From the IMG/VR virus record IMGVR_UViG_3300035698_010959: a stretch of 64,000 bases of DNA; one strand, given 5' to 3'. Positions within the stretch are counted from its first letter, which is position 1. Each line of letters opens with the position of its first letter. Position numbers and translations under genes: made by a program. Under the pieces are notes generated by a model, which saw nothing but the letters and a program-made list of their open reading frames with translations, had not been told where the DNA came from and searched no databases. This stretch comes from a virus. This document shows, in pieces, positions 48,001 to 56,300 of this stretch.

Positions 48001-49180
48001 TTTTATAAATTGGATAACATATTGTAGAATCAAAATCAGATTCTAAAGGAAGATAAGCAGACCAGTTAAATTCTGATGCTTGTATTACAACATCAAATGC
48101 TCCTGGAAATCCAGGTACTGTACTTATTTGTAATGCCTCTAGTGATAGAGCATCTATATCTAGTGTATCATTAAGATATGAGTTTATAACTGGTACAAAA
48201 GGAGTATGCTCAAATTGACGTATAAGAGGTAACAGTACATTGTTTGTTGCCGTTATATCTGGAATATGTATATGTATTTGTAATTCTTTTTGGGCTTTTC
48301 CTGTACCTCTTTTTAGACTACCTCTACTACGTAGTAAAGGCATTAACTCTATGTGTTGGTTTCTATTAAGAAGTATTTTTTCTGGAGGCAAGTGAAACGC
48401 AGTATAACCTATTCTAAAGTATCCTGTTTCACTGAGGTAACTGTACTCTAGATTTGATGGTATATATGGTATAGGAACTGGAACCCAATCAGGTTCTTTT
48501 TCAAAAATTGTAGGATCATATGGTTTTGCTTTAGTTAATGTTTTTTCTAACTTAGAAGCTCCCTCTTTTGAGTCTTTAAGCGTCTCCAACATATCCATTT
48601 CCCATGAGTAAGGTCCGTATTTATCTGGCATATCTTCTATTTTTTCTTTGAGACTATCTATTATTTTCTGTTGGCTTTTGTATGCATTTGGGTATCCAAA
48701 AGAAGACGGATTTAGCGGTTCTTTTTTTACTATAGCAATAATCTCACTTGCATTTGTTTTTGCGTTGTCATACTTTTTAATATTTTTTGAGGTATTGGAA
48801 TATGTTGTAAGACTTTCTTTTAATCCATCATTTGAGGACATTAAATACTGTAAAGAGTCTTTGTCTACTGTGTTAATAGAAAGTATTCTTACTCCATTAT
48901 ATGTATTTGTATATGAATAGTTGCCAGAAACTAGACGTGCGTTATCGTGTATACTTATTACTGCTGTATCATAATCGTTAATAGTTATTAATGGATCCGA
49001 TCCAATATCAATAAGTAATGAATCTTCAGTATTTATATTTAGGGTAGAGTCTTGTGTTGGAACCATTGGATAGATATGAACACGTCCATGAATGTTATCT
49101 TTTGATACCTTAGCAAGGAATACACTTGTATCTCCAACTCGCGTTGCTCCAAATAATTCTTTTAGTCTTTCTTTTGTCAT
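42077..49180 (-). CDS. 2367-aa baseplate hub / tail-associated lysin fusion (two tube-like repeats, lytic transglycosylase, hub, C-terminal CHAP/NlpC-like peptidase)
   Basis: GFPG.F repeats; E..SIGLGQL..ALSAYNAGPG (SLT); RVHIRMG..VFNGVISEV..ILGDPSIKPYD..VKEVTQHFS..GFITTV (hub); WCGRYV..HFAMI..NE (Cys-His-Glu). Confidence 0.8.
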   Translation of the reverse strand: MTKERLKELFGATRVGDTSVFLAKVSKDNIHGRVHIYPMVPTQDSTLNINTEDSLLIDIGSDPLITINDYDTAVISIHDNARLVSGNYSYTNTYNGVRILSINTVDKDSLQYLMSSNDGLKESLTTYSNTSKNIKKYDNAKTNASEIIAIVKKEPLNPSSFGYPNAYKSQQKIIDSLKEKIEDMPDKYGPYSWEMDMLETLKDSKEGASKLEKTLTKAKPYDPTIFEKEPDWVPVPIPYIPSNLEYSYLSETGYFRIGYTAFHLPPEKILLNRNQHIELMPLLRSRGSLKRGTGKAQKELQIHIHIPDITATNNVLLPLIRQFEHTPFVPVINSYLNDTLDIDALSLEALQISTVPGFPGAFDVVIQASEFNWSAYLPLESDFDSTICYPIYKIWCETSTKTQPLGPVLNGNMAFNIPNEDYLIAMASNRQLMSEDLMVTTLEKDTQIVANAIDWIDNIKPELYDTFGIYKGDGLQKKWSYQAEDLLNCNGKFTGSLLFIKLAPGTVKVESNPSNNKASAEWRSSSSDSTNTVRANSTGTENAIILKFTHPDTAIKAFQTAEKVYYAPGGLRLHTLPNTDSNGNYLTEITSEDITDGEGRDKRRDSLREARSTVGNATARAKGQAVLNDLDNCYFLYTKSGLNASSPKDTHPLRRSLSNAAGRSTKQKKVIPEVLEKKWERIELDSLIVENVTIGMENIVTNAQLQASPKNAPVQQFMGASDTYITIAGTITNEADIKSLKELTERVDYLVKTCRGDDIGDSYEGYLYIANELLALAGVTTVLPVNLNIITDQGFPGTFKIEFSCIDFDPMSQSREDLEALDDPNWYIKDIRNVEKSKLETPTDSYKEHMIRAEHFHSKLRSLQLYPDMNLPTYSKLQKWVTDCKAGSLVESSKYRWAISDEDFPWTPEICSVLETPTNISAYVDPDFYVRPSCPPGIVNPLVDPVLDSLLGIVQDPSVNSKVATCGVRSNYNDKATIPFNGKIDVSNDPATLATFKAYAGIMNSMNQDTTSSAGPSILTSDSELYKARTKLLNKVKTVKPGIANSNSQSSPIPGLTPTYDPLAEYSNSTGLRILQLIQKYSKEETGITSVPEIIAINMFTLEGYSSYTKDHDSIGLGQLRKSTAIQELYNKKLITKEEYTKCNGSSTDIRAIDHEFAIRASMLYLEHCYNQIPNIGKLQIAKNDYSKWLIALSAYNAGPGKIRKLVNDGNTKPVTISKLAGVSQQYKNTIAGMAAYDPSKEPVKKTTTVESKDNSKLTWLQRWIGNAKESREEYRSWEEGVRAEVEKTPLRERLQNLNKELVTELYVDKSTPQNIRTFMDSFIREDKQDMFYDMRNYTPANRLLTAFPTYCVLLVDGGRWLRFHRLYDHWYGMTAIQSIEIHKTRKGPVDTALITFSNMFHHLTKLSTEDPVIPTVKWGIQSITQGTVDSLLHNTGDDVFLEWSKHVNSMLLKAGTRVHIRMGSGGNANKLPVVFNGVISEVPPGDEAVTVVALSDGIELDKQLIQKDPNLVKEEGGIEYKSYTWLGQGVQPRELIMKVMTPTRPYDWLKESFKFKQDNPYGIAHFGSPTRSTLFKSEAEVGMNTYRADKKGLLEDRMYAESSAGESYYNILGLLDGIDGSDTKIGLSITDATPWKVIKTCTDIAPEYICAVYPFELRSTLFYGKPHWVLHYEYTAEYLAKAKREEVQYGKGEVAYPENWKPDDVTLQKPFRQVRVISSICNLIDNKIKSSDKIHTICQAMSKFNGTIAKDNSPSWSNMMYLDTDIYPEHQKILYTSSGLYATTAQNAQDILPLNFHLLTGYYTRKSTNNAAVSILMDSVKDMYQGHLVILGDPSIKPYDRAYLADDQIDMYGLIDVKEVTQHFSYESGFITTVSPDLVLSAIDQADQTSWAWIQMMGSRYVSAIAMQQVASILIKTGTLRFVGNILLSAILKLGRQSSNPVAISARNILLDTLLSPIKTLKEWKGIGYEEMIKRMTAGDSEIIKAVDKGLEKYGPRRIKDLATNKHIIKAKAYLGTSWTKFKTWHDSVGFIETCKSVGKEAKASGIKAAFTKIKANPKAFATAGKRIKLPTASASIVKAIKNGVWIILAGGIVEWLNRGHAARQALILRPLLINGKPFTAGINGHAGSVLGDEIGVWDGILSALTNWDYQAKHNLGFMGKAGNDYAAFIGGSGGSFSDYIYGLGALINNVIGVKPLHYDTSQALETTDLGPIQTPASFLGSERVGTIVDSPASFGNPLPQEPYTGGERWCGRYVTDLMHLYGWKGPYDNKPLGQNTSHVSTPWNDSTYGTKVNKPSSVKGFDRALESGMIICLNKGQSDQHFAMIYKNQQGQWKLNELSEGRVSTSRNLSSVFNRVSWIASPKYN

Positions 49181-49184
49181 ACAC

Positions 49185-49940
49185 TTATGCCGCCGTTCCT
49201 CTTGTTATATAATTAGAATACATTTCATCTACTCTATTCATATCTATTGGATTATCTTTATAATTTAATATTGCTGTTGCTATTGGGTTAGATATTGGTG
49301 GGGATTCATCTGTGCTAAGTTCGTTTCTTGATTCTGTACTTTTAAAGGAGGATATTAAGTTACTGTGGTTGTCTATTGACTTACCTACTGTTTTAAGTCC
49401 AGCATTTAATAGCACCCATAATGGTATTGCCAAGAGAGGAGATGCTATTGTTCTTCCTGTGAGTCTTACTCTTGACATTACATCTTTCTGTATTTTTTCA
49501 CTTGAGTTAAGTAAACTACCTATTGACTTCCATTCTTTTCCTTTGGATGCCATTGTTGTTGTATCAGATGCTTTATCACCAAGATATTCATATATCTTAC
49601 CCATTAGCGGTCTGAGCTTTCCTTGCTCTGTTATTGCTCTTGTAACAATGCGTGCTGCTGTTAGGTCTGCTATTGGGTCTGCTAGAGCAAAAGCTACTCC
49701 ACCTAGTTTATTTTCCCAGTTATCTTCTAGTAGTAATGAGGCAGCACCAGCTGTTCCTGCTGCTAAATATCTAGCACCAAGTAAACTTCCTGCTCCTCTT
49801 GAGTATAGTCCTTTTAAACCAGGCATGTGACTAGTTGCTACTGTACCTTCTAAGGCTCCAGCAGCAAGTGTAGCCATACCTACTCCAAAATATACTTTTG
49901 GGGCTATATTATTATCTTCTGTGGGTCTTGTGTTTTCCAT
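49185..49940 (-). CDS. hydrophobic helical protein, putative ejected or tape-measure-associated
   Basis: Several Gly/Ala-rich hydrophobic helices; directly upstream of the hub gene. Confidence 0.55.
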   Translation of the reverse strand: MENTRPTEDNNIAPKVYFGVGMATLAAGALEGTVATSHMPGLKGLYSRGAGSLLGARYLAAGTAGAASLLLEDNWENKLGGVAFALADPIADLTAARIVTRAITEQGKLRPLMGKIYEYLGDKASDTTTMASKGKEWKSIGSLLNSSEKIQKDVMSRVRLTGRTIASPLLAIPLWVLLNAGLKTVGKSIDNHSNLISSFKSTESRNELSTDESPPISNPIATAILNYKDNPIDMNRVDEMYSNYITRGTAA

Positions 49941-49968
49941 TGTGGGAATTGTTGTGGAGTGCTTGCTA

Positions 49969-52900
49969 TTATTTCTTCCAGGTGTCTGCTATTTCTTTAC
50001 TAACAGAACAAGGAACATCTTCTAAATATACGTGGGCTGCTTCAAGTAGTCGTGCTTCGCTAGCATCTACTACTGCTTGTATTTTATTTGCTGGGGCAGT
50101 TGTTACTATTTCATCGTGAACCCATAATATTATTCTACATTCATATGGATAGTCTGACATTTGTACTAAATCTTTATGTAAGTTTATTGTTGCTAACTTT
50201 ATTGTGTCGGCATTTGTACCTTGAATTGGTGCGTTGACGGCTGCTCGTTCTATAATACTTATTCGTTTAGAATATTCTTTTGGATTTTGTGTAATGTCTC
50301 CTTGTTTTGGCACATCATAATATCGTCTTCGTCCAGCCAATGTTGTTGTATACTTTAATTCTTTTGCTTGATTTTTACATCCATCAAGATAATCTTTTAT
50401 TTTTGGGTATGTTTTAAAGTAAGTAATTATAAGGTTTTGTGCGTCTTTTACTGGCATACCAGAACGTCTTGCTACTGTATCTGCTCCTGCTCCATAAGGT
50501 ATTCCAAAGGTAACAGACTTACTTGCGTTTCGTTGGTCTTTAGTTACTTTTTTTGGGTCTACTCCAAATAGAGAAGCAGCAGTAACTCTATGAAAGTCAT
50601 TTGTATATACTTGGTCTATATACTTTTTTATATCTGGATAATCAATTATGAATTTAGCAAATGCGTCTGCGTTTTCTTCTTGGTCTGGTACCTCTGTAAT
50701 GTTGTAAGATTTTAGTGCTTCTTTTAATAGTTGCTCTGCTTCATATCCATCTTTTAATATTTTGATTATTGTCTCGTCGTTAGAAGCTTTTGCTAAAACT
50801 CTTACCTCATACTGAGAAAGGTCACAATTGTGGCTAACGAAACCATTACTTATGTATGTTAGTGGTCCTGGAATATATAGATCATATACTCTATTTTGAC
50901 CAACATTTTCTATAGAAGCTATGGTATCGTAAATTTGGTTATATTCTAGTAATCTATATAGTTCCAACTCTTTATATACATTAGGATATGTAGTTTTTAG
51001 GTCTTTAGCTAGTTGTATATTTATTGGTCTTTCTAGACATATAATATTATCTAATAGTTTGTAAAGATCTCCTTTTGGATTAAGCTTCTTTAACTTTTGA
51101 GATCTACTAGGCATACTTCTTTTTTGGTGCTTTTCACCAGATCTGGAAGACAATTTTTCTAGTTCGGTTTTCTTTCGTATAGATATAAAACCAATTTTAT
51201 TTTTGTAGTCTTTTACATATGCTGCTGGAATAGATATAGACCAATAATTCTTATGTATTTTTACTGTTTGTAATCTTCGTTTTGAAACTATACCTATAGA
51301 TAGAAGAAGTAATTGCACATCTATAGCTAGTTGTTCATTTACTGTAGAAAAGCGTAATCTGCCACAAGGATGATTGGATACGGATCCATCTGATTCAAAT
51401 AATCCTCTTAGATAAGCCGCAATAGTTTCTGTGTCTGATGTCCATAGATAGTTAGGGGCATGTGTTTTTGCTCCACCAATACTTTTTAACCAAGCAACTA
51501 ATTTTGTACTGTAAAACTGTGCATCAAATACTCCTCTATAATGTAATATTTGTTTAGGTGTTTGTCCAAATAGAGATTTACATAGTTGCTGTAGGTAGGT
51601 ATTAAGGTCTGGGTCTTTATCACATACTACCCAATATGGGCCAGATTTAGAAAAATGTCCATCTCCTGTCATATATCCCATAAATTCTGCTAAATCTTTT
51701 GTTGGTTTGTTTGGTGTAGTTACGCTCTTTTCAAAAGAGTGGGTATAGATAATTTCTGGTAAGGTTTCATTGTTTGCTTGTTTTGTATCAACCAAGTTAT
51801 TTGGTTGTATTACTATTTTATCTTCTTTTGTTATATGTTGTAGTTCTTTCCAGCTATAATTTCCTTTATTGTCAAGTATCCGTATTCTATGTTGCGGAGT
51901 AGCTATCAATTCATATCCAAGCTTTGTTGTTAGTTTTAATGTGTCCTGTATTCCATTATCTATTACTGTATTTACTTTAGCAACTGTTTTAGTATCAGTT
52001 AATGTTGTGTCCCCTTTACATATCTGTTCTATAGGTATGCTTCCTCTATTTGTAGTTACCTTTGTACCTTCTTTTACGCAGATGCCTACTTTATGTCCTT
52101 GTGGAGGTACAATCATCTTACGGAATCTGTTATCTTGTGGAAGGTTTTGTGAGTTTGGACTGTTACTAGAAAATCTTCCTGTATCTGTAGCTGCTTGTTT
52201 AACGTTTGAGTGTACTCGTTTGGTTTTTCTATTGTACATAGTGTCTCCCCATTGCACTATGTAATCATATAGTTTGTTTACTTCTCTATAGTCTAGTAAT
52301 AGCTCTATACACTTATGTTCTTCTTTATAGTATGTTAATACCTTTTCATCTGTGCTATCTGCTGGAATTCCTTTATCTCTAAGTGCTGATAATAATTGTT
52401 TTGGGGAATCAACATTTAATTGAGAGCGTGTACAGTTCATCTCTTTTAGAAAATTTGTTTCTCTTGCTCTCATCTCTTGTTCAAGCTCTTCTTTTAACTT
52501 GGCAATGTGATCCAGGTCTACGTGTATTCCTAGATACTTGTGTTCACCCAATATTGGAATTAACGGTTTTTCTAATGTTTCCCATATATGCCATAGGTTT
52601 TCTGTCTCTAATTGTTTTGTAAGCAGTTCTTGTAATAGTAATAAACTACAAGTATCTCCAGCCGCATATGCTATTTGTTTGTTTAACATTGGAGATTTTT
52701 TATGTAGAGTTTGAAACAGTGTTTGGCACTCTTTATCTAAGTGTAGTCCTAGTAACTCAAGAGTAGTTGCTTCTAATGAGGCTCTTGCCTTTAATAGTCC
52801 TGCTGTAAGGAGCTGTCTTGCTAACATTGTATCAAATTCTATGTTTGTATTTATTTTGTAGTGTGTTTTAAACCAAGGCCATTCGAAGTTAGCTCCGTGT

Positions 52901-53280
52901 GTAACTATAGAGCACTTTTCTAATACGCTTGTAAAGAGTTTGGGATCTAAAACTCTTGGATCAAATACATAACTTTTTCCTATTTTACATGAAAAGGATA
53001 TAAGAAAGATAATATCATTATGCGGCTCAAGGCCAGAGGTTTCTATATCTACAGCCAGTAGTTGCTTTTTACCTAACTTTAGTAAAGCCCTACATCCTTT
53101 ATCTAATACAGATTGACTTGAGATATATTCATATTTTCCTCCTGGACAGTTTCCTGAATCAACAAGAGGTTCAGCTACCTGCATTATTTTTGGAGTTACT
53201 TTACCTTTTGGTGTATCTATAGCAAAATCAAATTGCTGTGCTATGTATGGTAAAAATACTGATTGTTTCTTTCCAAGCAT
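49969..53280 (-). CDS. polA: family A DNA polymerase with 3'-5' exonuclease domain and intein
   Basis: AVDIETSG, YAAGD, TGRFSS..PN.QNLP, DLSQYEVR (motif A), R..SKSVTFGIPYG (motif B, Phe762 type), NAPIQGT.AD, VHDE (motif C). Confidence 0.96.
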   Translation of the reverse strand: MLGKKQSVFLPYIAQQFDFAIDTPKGKVTPKIMQVAEPLVDSGNCPGGKYEYISSQSVLDKGCRALLKLGKKQLLAVDIETSGLEPHNDIIFLISFSCKIGKSYVFDPRVLDPKLFTSVLEKCSIVTHGANFEWPWFKTHYKINTNIEFDTMLARQLLTAGLLKARASLEATTLELLGLHLDKECQTLFQTLHKKSPMLNKQIAYAAGDTCSLLLLQELLTKQLETENLWHIWETLEKPLIPILGEHKYLGIHVDLDHIAKLKEELEQEMRARETNFLKEMNCTRSQLNVDSPKQLLSALRDKGIPADSTDEKVLTYYKEEHKCIELLLDYREVNKLYDYIVQWGDTMYNRKTKRVHSNVKQAATDTGRFSSNSPNSQNLPQDNRFRKMIVPPQGHKVGICVKEGTKVTTNRGSIPIEQICKGDTTLTDTKTVAKVNTVIDNGIQDTLKLTTKLGYELIATPQHRIRILDNKGNYSWKELQHITKEDKIVIQPNNLVDTKQANNETLPEIIYTHSFEKSVTTPNKPTKDLAEFMGYMTGDGHFSKSGPYWVVCDKDPDLNTYLQQLCKSLFGQTPKQILHYRGVFDAQFYSTKLVAWLKSIGGAKTHAPNYLWTSDTETIAAYLRGLFESDGSVSNHPCGRLRFSTVNEQLAIDVQLLLLSIGIVSKRRLQTVKIHKNYWSISIPAAYVKDYKNKIGFISIRKKTELEKLSSRSGEKHQKRSMPSRSQKLKKLNPKGDLYKLLDNIICLERPINIQLAKDLKTTYPNVYKELELYRLLEYNQIYDTIASIENVGQNRVYDLYIPGPLTYISNGFVSHNCDLSQYEVRVLAKASNDETIIKILKDGYEAEQLLKEALKSYNITEVPDQEENADAFAKFIIDYPDIKKYIDQVYTNDFHRVTAASLFGVDPKKVTKDQRNASKSVTFGIPYGAGADTVARRSGMPVKDAQNLIITYFKTYPKIKDYLDGCKNQAKELKYTTTLAGRRRYYDVPKQGDITQNPKEYSKRISIIERAAVNAPIQGTNADTIKLATINLHKDLVQMSDYPYECRIILWVHDEIVTTAPANKIQAVVDASEARLLEAAHVYLEDVPCSVSKEIADTWKK
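50827..52080 (-). mobile_element. 418-aa intein with LAGLIDADG homing endonuclease
   Basis: Starts CVKEGTKV, ATPQH block B, FMGYMTGDG and YLRGLFESDG, ends VYDL..YISNGFVSHN followed by Cys+1. Confidence 0.95.
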
Positions 53281-53312
53281 ATGTATATTATGTCCTCTTT
53301 CCTACAGTTACT

Positions 53313-53341
53313 ATTATACAGTAAATAAAGGAAAAAGTAAA
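53313..53341 (-). promoter_or_regulatory. sigma70-type promoter of the DNA polymerase gene
   Basis: TTTACT-17 nt-TATAAT, then AGAGGA RBS and ATG 53280. Confidence 0.65.
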
Positions 53342-53342
53342 G

Positions 53343-56300
53343 CTAATTTTGCATAGTTAGTAGTGTTTCTGCTAAATTATTTATGTATCCTTGGTTCATT
53401 GTTTGTCTTTGATCGTTTATGTGTGTTGATTGAAATCCCTCTATTGGGCTTACTATATGTGAGTTTATTGCTTCTTGTAATGATGTAAGTATGTTAGTAG
53501 TATCTGTTGGGCCTTCAGTATTTCCTTCTATAAGTATATCTATTTTGTGATATACTGGTTTTTGTATTGATGCTGTTGTTGTATTTTTTACAGTTTCTAT
53601 GGGTTCAGATTTATTACTAATCTCTTGAAGATCTGGTCTTCGTCCTAAAACCATTAACGAGCCAGCCATCATTGCTCCTAATATAAGTGCATACTTTCCT
53701 TTAGTTAGTCTACCTGCATCTAATAATTCAGAAATACCTTCTAGTTTATTTCCTATTCGTGTAAATTTAGTAGTTGCTTGAGAGGTTACTAACTCTTGTG
53801 CTTCTGGCTTTATTATTTTATCTAGTATAGTTCTAAGTGGAGTAGATAGCTCTCTGCTTTGTGCAAGGTCTTCTAGAGCTGATCTCCCAATGTGTCCCAT
53901 CTCTTCTCCAGCGTACTTTCCTTGAGTGATTCGTGCTTTAGTAAAATCTTCTAGTGTACTTCCTTCATCAATATTAGTCCATCCTAACATATCCATAAGA
54001 GTGGATTGTTGTGGTTCTGTAAGTTTTGCAAATTTTTCTTCGCTTGTTGCTAGTCCTCCAAGGAATTTATAAGCTTTTGCTTTGCCTGCTCGTTGCGCTC
54101 TATATGGAGAAAGTGATGGATCCTGTAGTGCTTCACTTATAAATACATTTTCTGTATGAGCTATAGATTTACCCCACATAAGTCTATCTATTTGATTATC
54201 TCCTCTTGCAAACATTAGGTCTTCTGCTTCCATTGCTTTTGCAAGAATAAGTTGTGCTTCATTTTGTGTTTTTGTTTGTATATTTTTTAAGGCATTTTGT
54301 CTAATCTGTCTGCTTTGTAAATACTCATTAAAGCTTGCTGTTGTTTCTAGTGATTGTTGCTCGCTTGCATTAAGGTTTCCTTTGCTAAATCGTTGTAATC
54401 TTTCTACAAACTTTCTTCCTGTTAGATTGGAATAGTTTTCTGGATCTATCGCTTTTGCGGCCTTGGTCCTATTTGATTGATAGGCTTCCAGTATTTCATT
54501 ATCTAGCATGCTTTCTATTAAACGTTCTTCTGCGTCATTAGATAATATATCAACTTTTCTAGTTGTTAGAAATGTTTTTAGATCATCTACATCTAGCCCT
54601 CCAGGAATGCCTACCATTTCTGCAAGTATTTCATTTAGTCTTGAGGAGTCTGCTTTGTTTACAAGTTGAAGAGCTATACGTCTAATGTCAGATTGTATCA
54701 TTAGATCAGAAGCAATTCTTATTGATTGTGGATTATCTCCTAAAGCTTTTATTGTAAACGCTAATCGTCTGTCATGTGCTGGTATATTTACATCTGTAAG
54801 TTGAGCCCATGGCGCTACGCTTTCTATATCTTCATAATACTTCCGTAATACAAGATTCTTTTGCCAAGGTGCAAGTGTTTCATTTGCCACTAATTGATCA
54901 TGTATATTTGAATGTTTTGGTATCCATTCATTTTCTAGCCAGTTTTTTTCTAATCGTATTTGATCTGCTAGTCTTGGATCATTTAGTGCTGCATCTGTAA
55001 ACTTCATAGCATCTCTAACTGCCAGTGTATCTTCCGTTAGACCAGCAATATCATCTTCCATTCCTCCAAAGTAATCCATTGGATTAGGAAGTCCAGAGGC
55101 TTCTTCTAATACTCTTAATCGTTCTAATTCTTTGTAAGGAAGGTCTACTTCATACATCATCTTACGTATACGATTTCGTGCTAGATCTTCTACAGCTCCT
55201 TGTCTTAGTTGTAGTCCTTCTTCAATGTTAACTGGTTTAAATTCTCCTAATAACCTGTCTGGTAATGCATGTACTGGGCTATCAATTGGAGCCATAATTC
55301 TATTAGCTATTGGTTCTCCAGCTTCATTTAATTCTTGCATTACAACACGAACAGATCCACCTAAATCTTCAGCATCCCAACCATAAAGTTTAAATAGCCT
55401 TCTCTCTCTTATTCCCCATAAATACTGCATGTTGGATCCAGCACTTAGTTTTTTTGGAGATCCTCCTTTTGTTGTTTTAAATATATTAAAATTACCTGCT
55501 TGATCTAATACTGTGGGTTTATCTATAGATAGTTTATTAAATAAATCCATAGTTGTTCGTGCATCAAATAAGCCTATGTGTTCTTCTGTCCAAGCTGCCG
55601 ATCTTATCCCTAATTTTCTTGATAGATTCTGTAGACTGTATCCACCTGGCATTCCGCTTTTCATTATCTTGGATAGCATTAGTGTATCTACACTGCGATC
55701 AGACATTGTTTGTAAGCTTTTTATTACATTCTTTCCAAGGCCAAGATCTTTTGCTCTTTGTGTTAGCATACCTATATCAAAGCCTTTGTTATGTAATAAG
55801 AATAGAGTATCATCAGATTGTGTTACTATTTTGCTAGCCAGTTCTTCTATTAGAGCTGCTTCGTTTTGCATCAGCCTTGGAGTATATTTTTTTCCATATA
55901 ATAAAGATTCTTGTGTACCAATATCTAATACATCTTCTGTTTGTAGCATTCCTCCTACAGTTGTTCGTCGTCTTCTAACTGCACCTATGTTGTATATTTT
56001 ATTTGAAGTGTCTGTTTCTATGTCAAAAGCAAATAAATCTGCCTCTCCTAATAATGCTTTTTCAATATTAGTTAAGTGCTGTTTAAATGCTGCTGGAGAT
56101 TCTAATGAACCTATACCTCCTCCTTGTTTTAGTGCAAAAATAGGAAGAGTTTTACTTTTCTTAGATCGTGCAAGAGCGTTTGCTATAACTTGTGCTGCTG
56201 CAGGTGACCCAGGATCCATTGTTTTAACTATGTTATCTAATGATGTAAGAGGTATTTCTGTACTTAGATCTGTTAGGGATTTAATTATTCCTGTCTCTAT

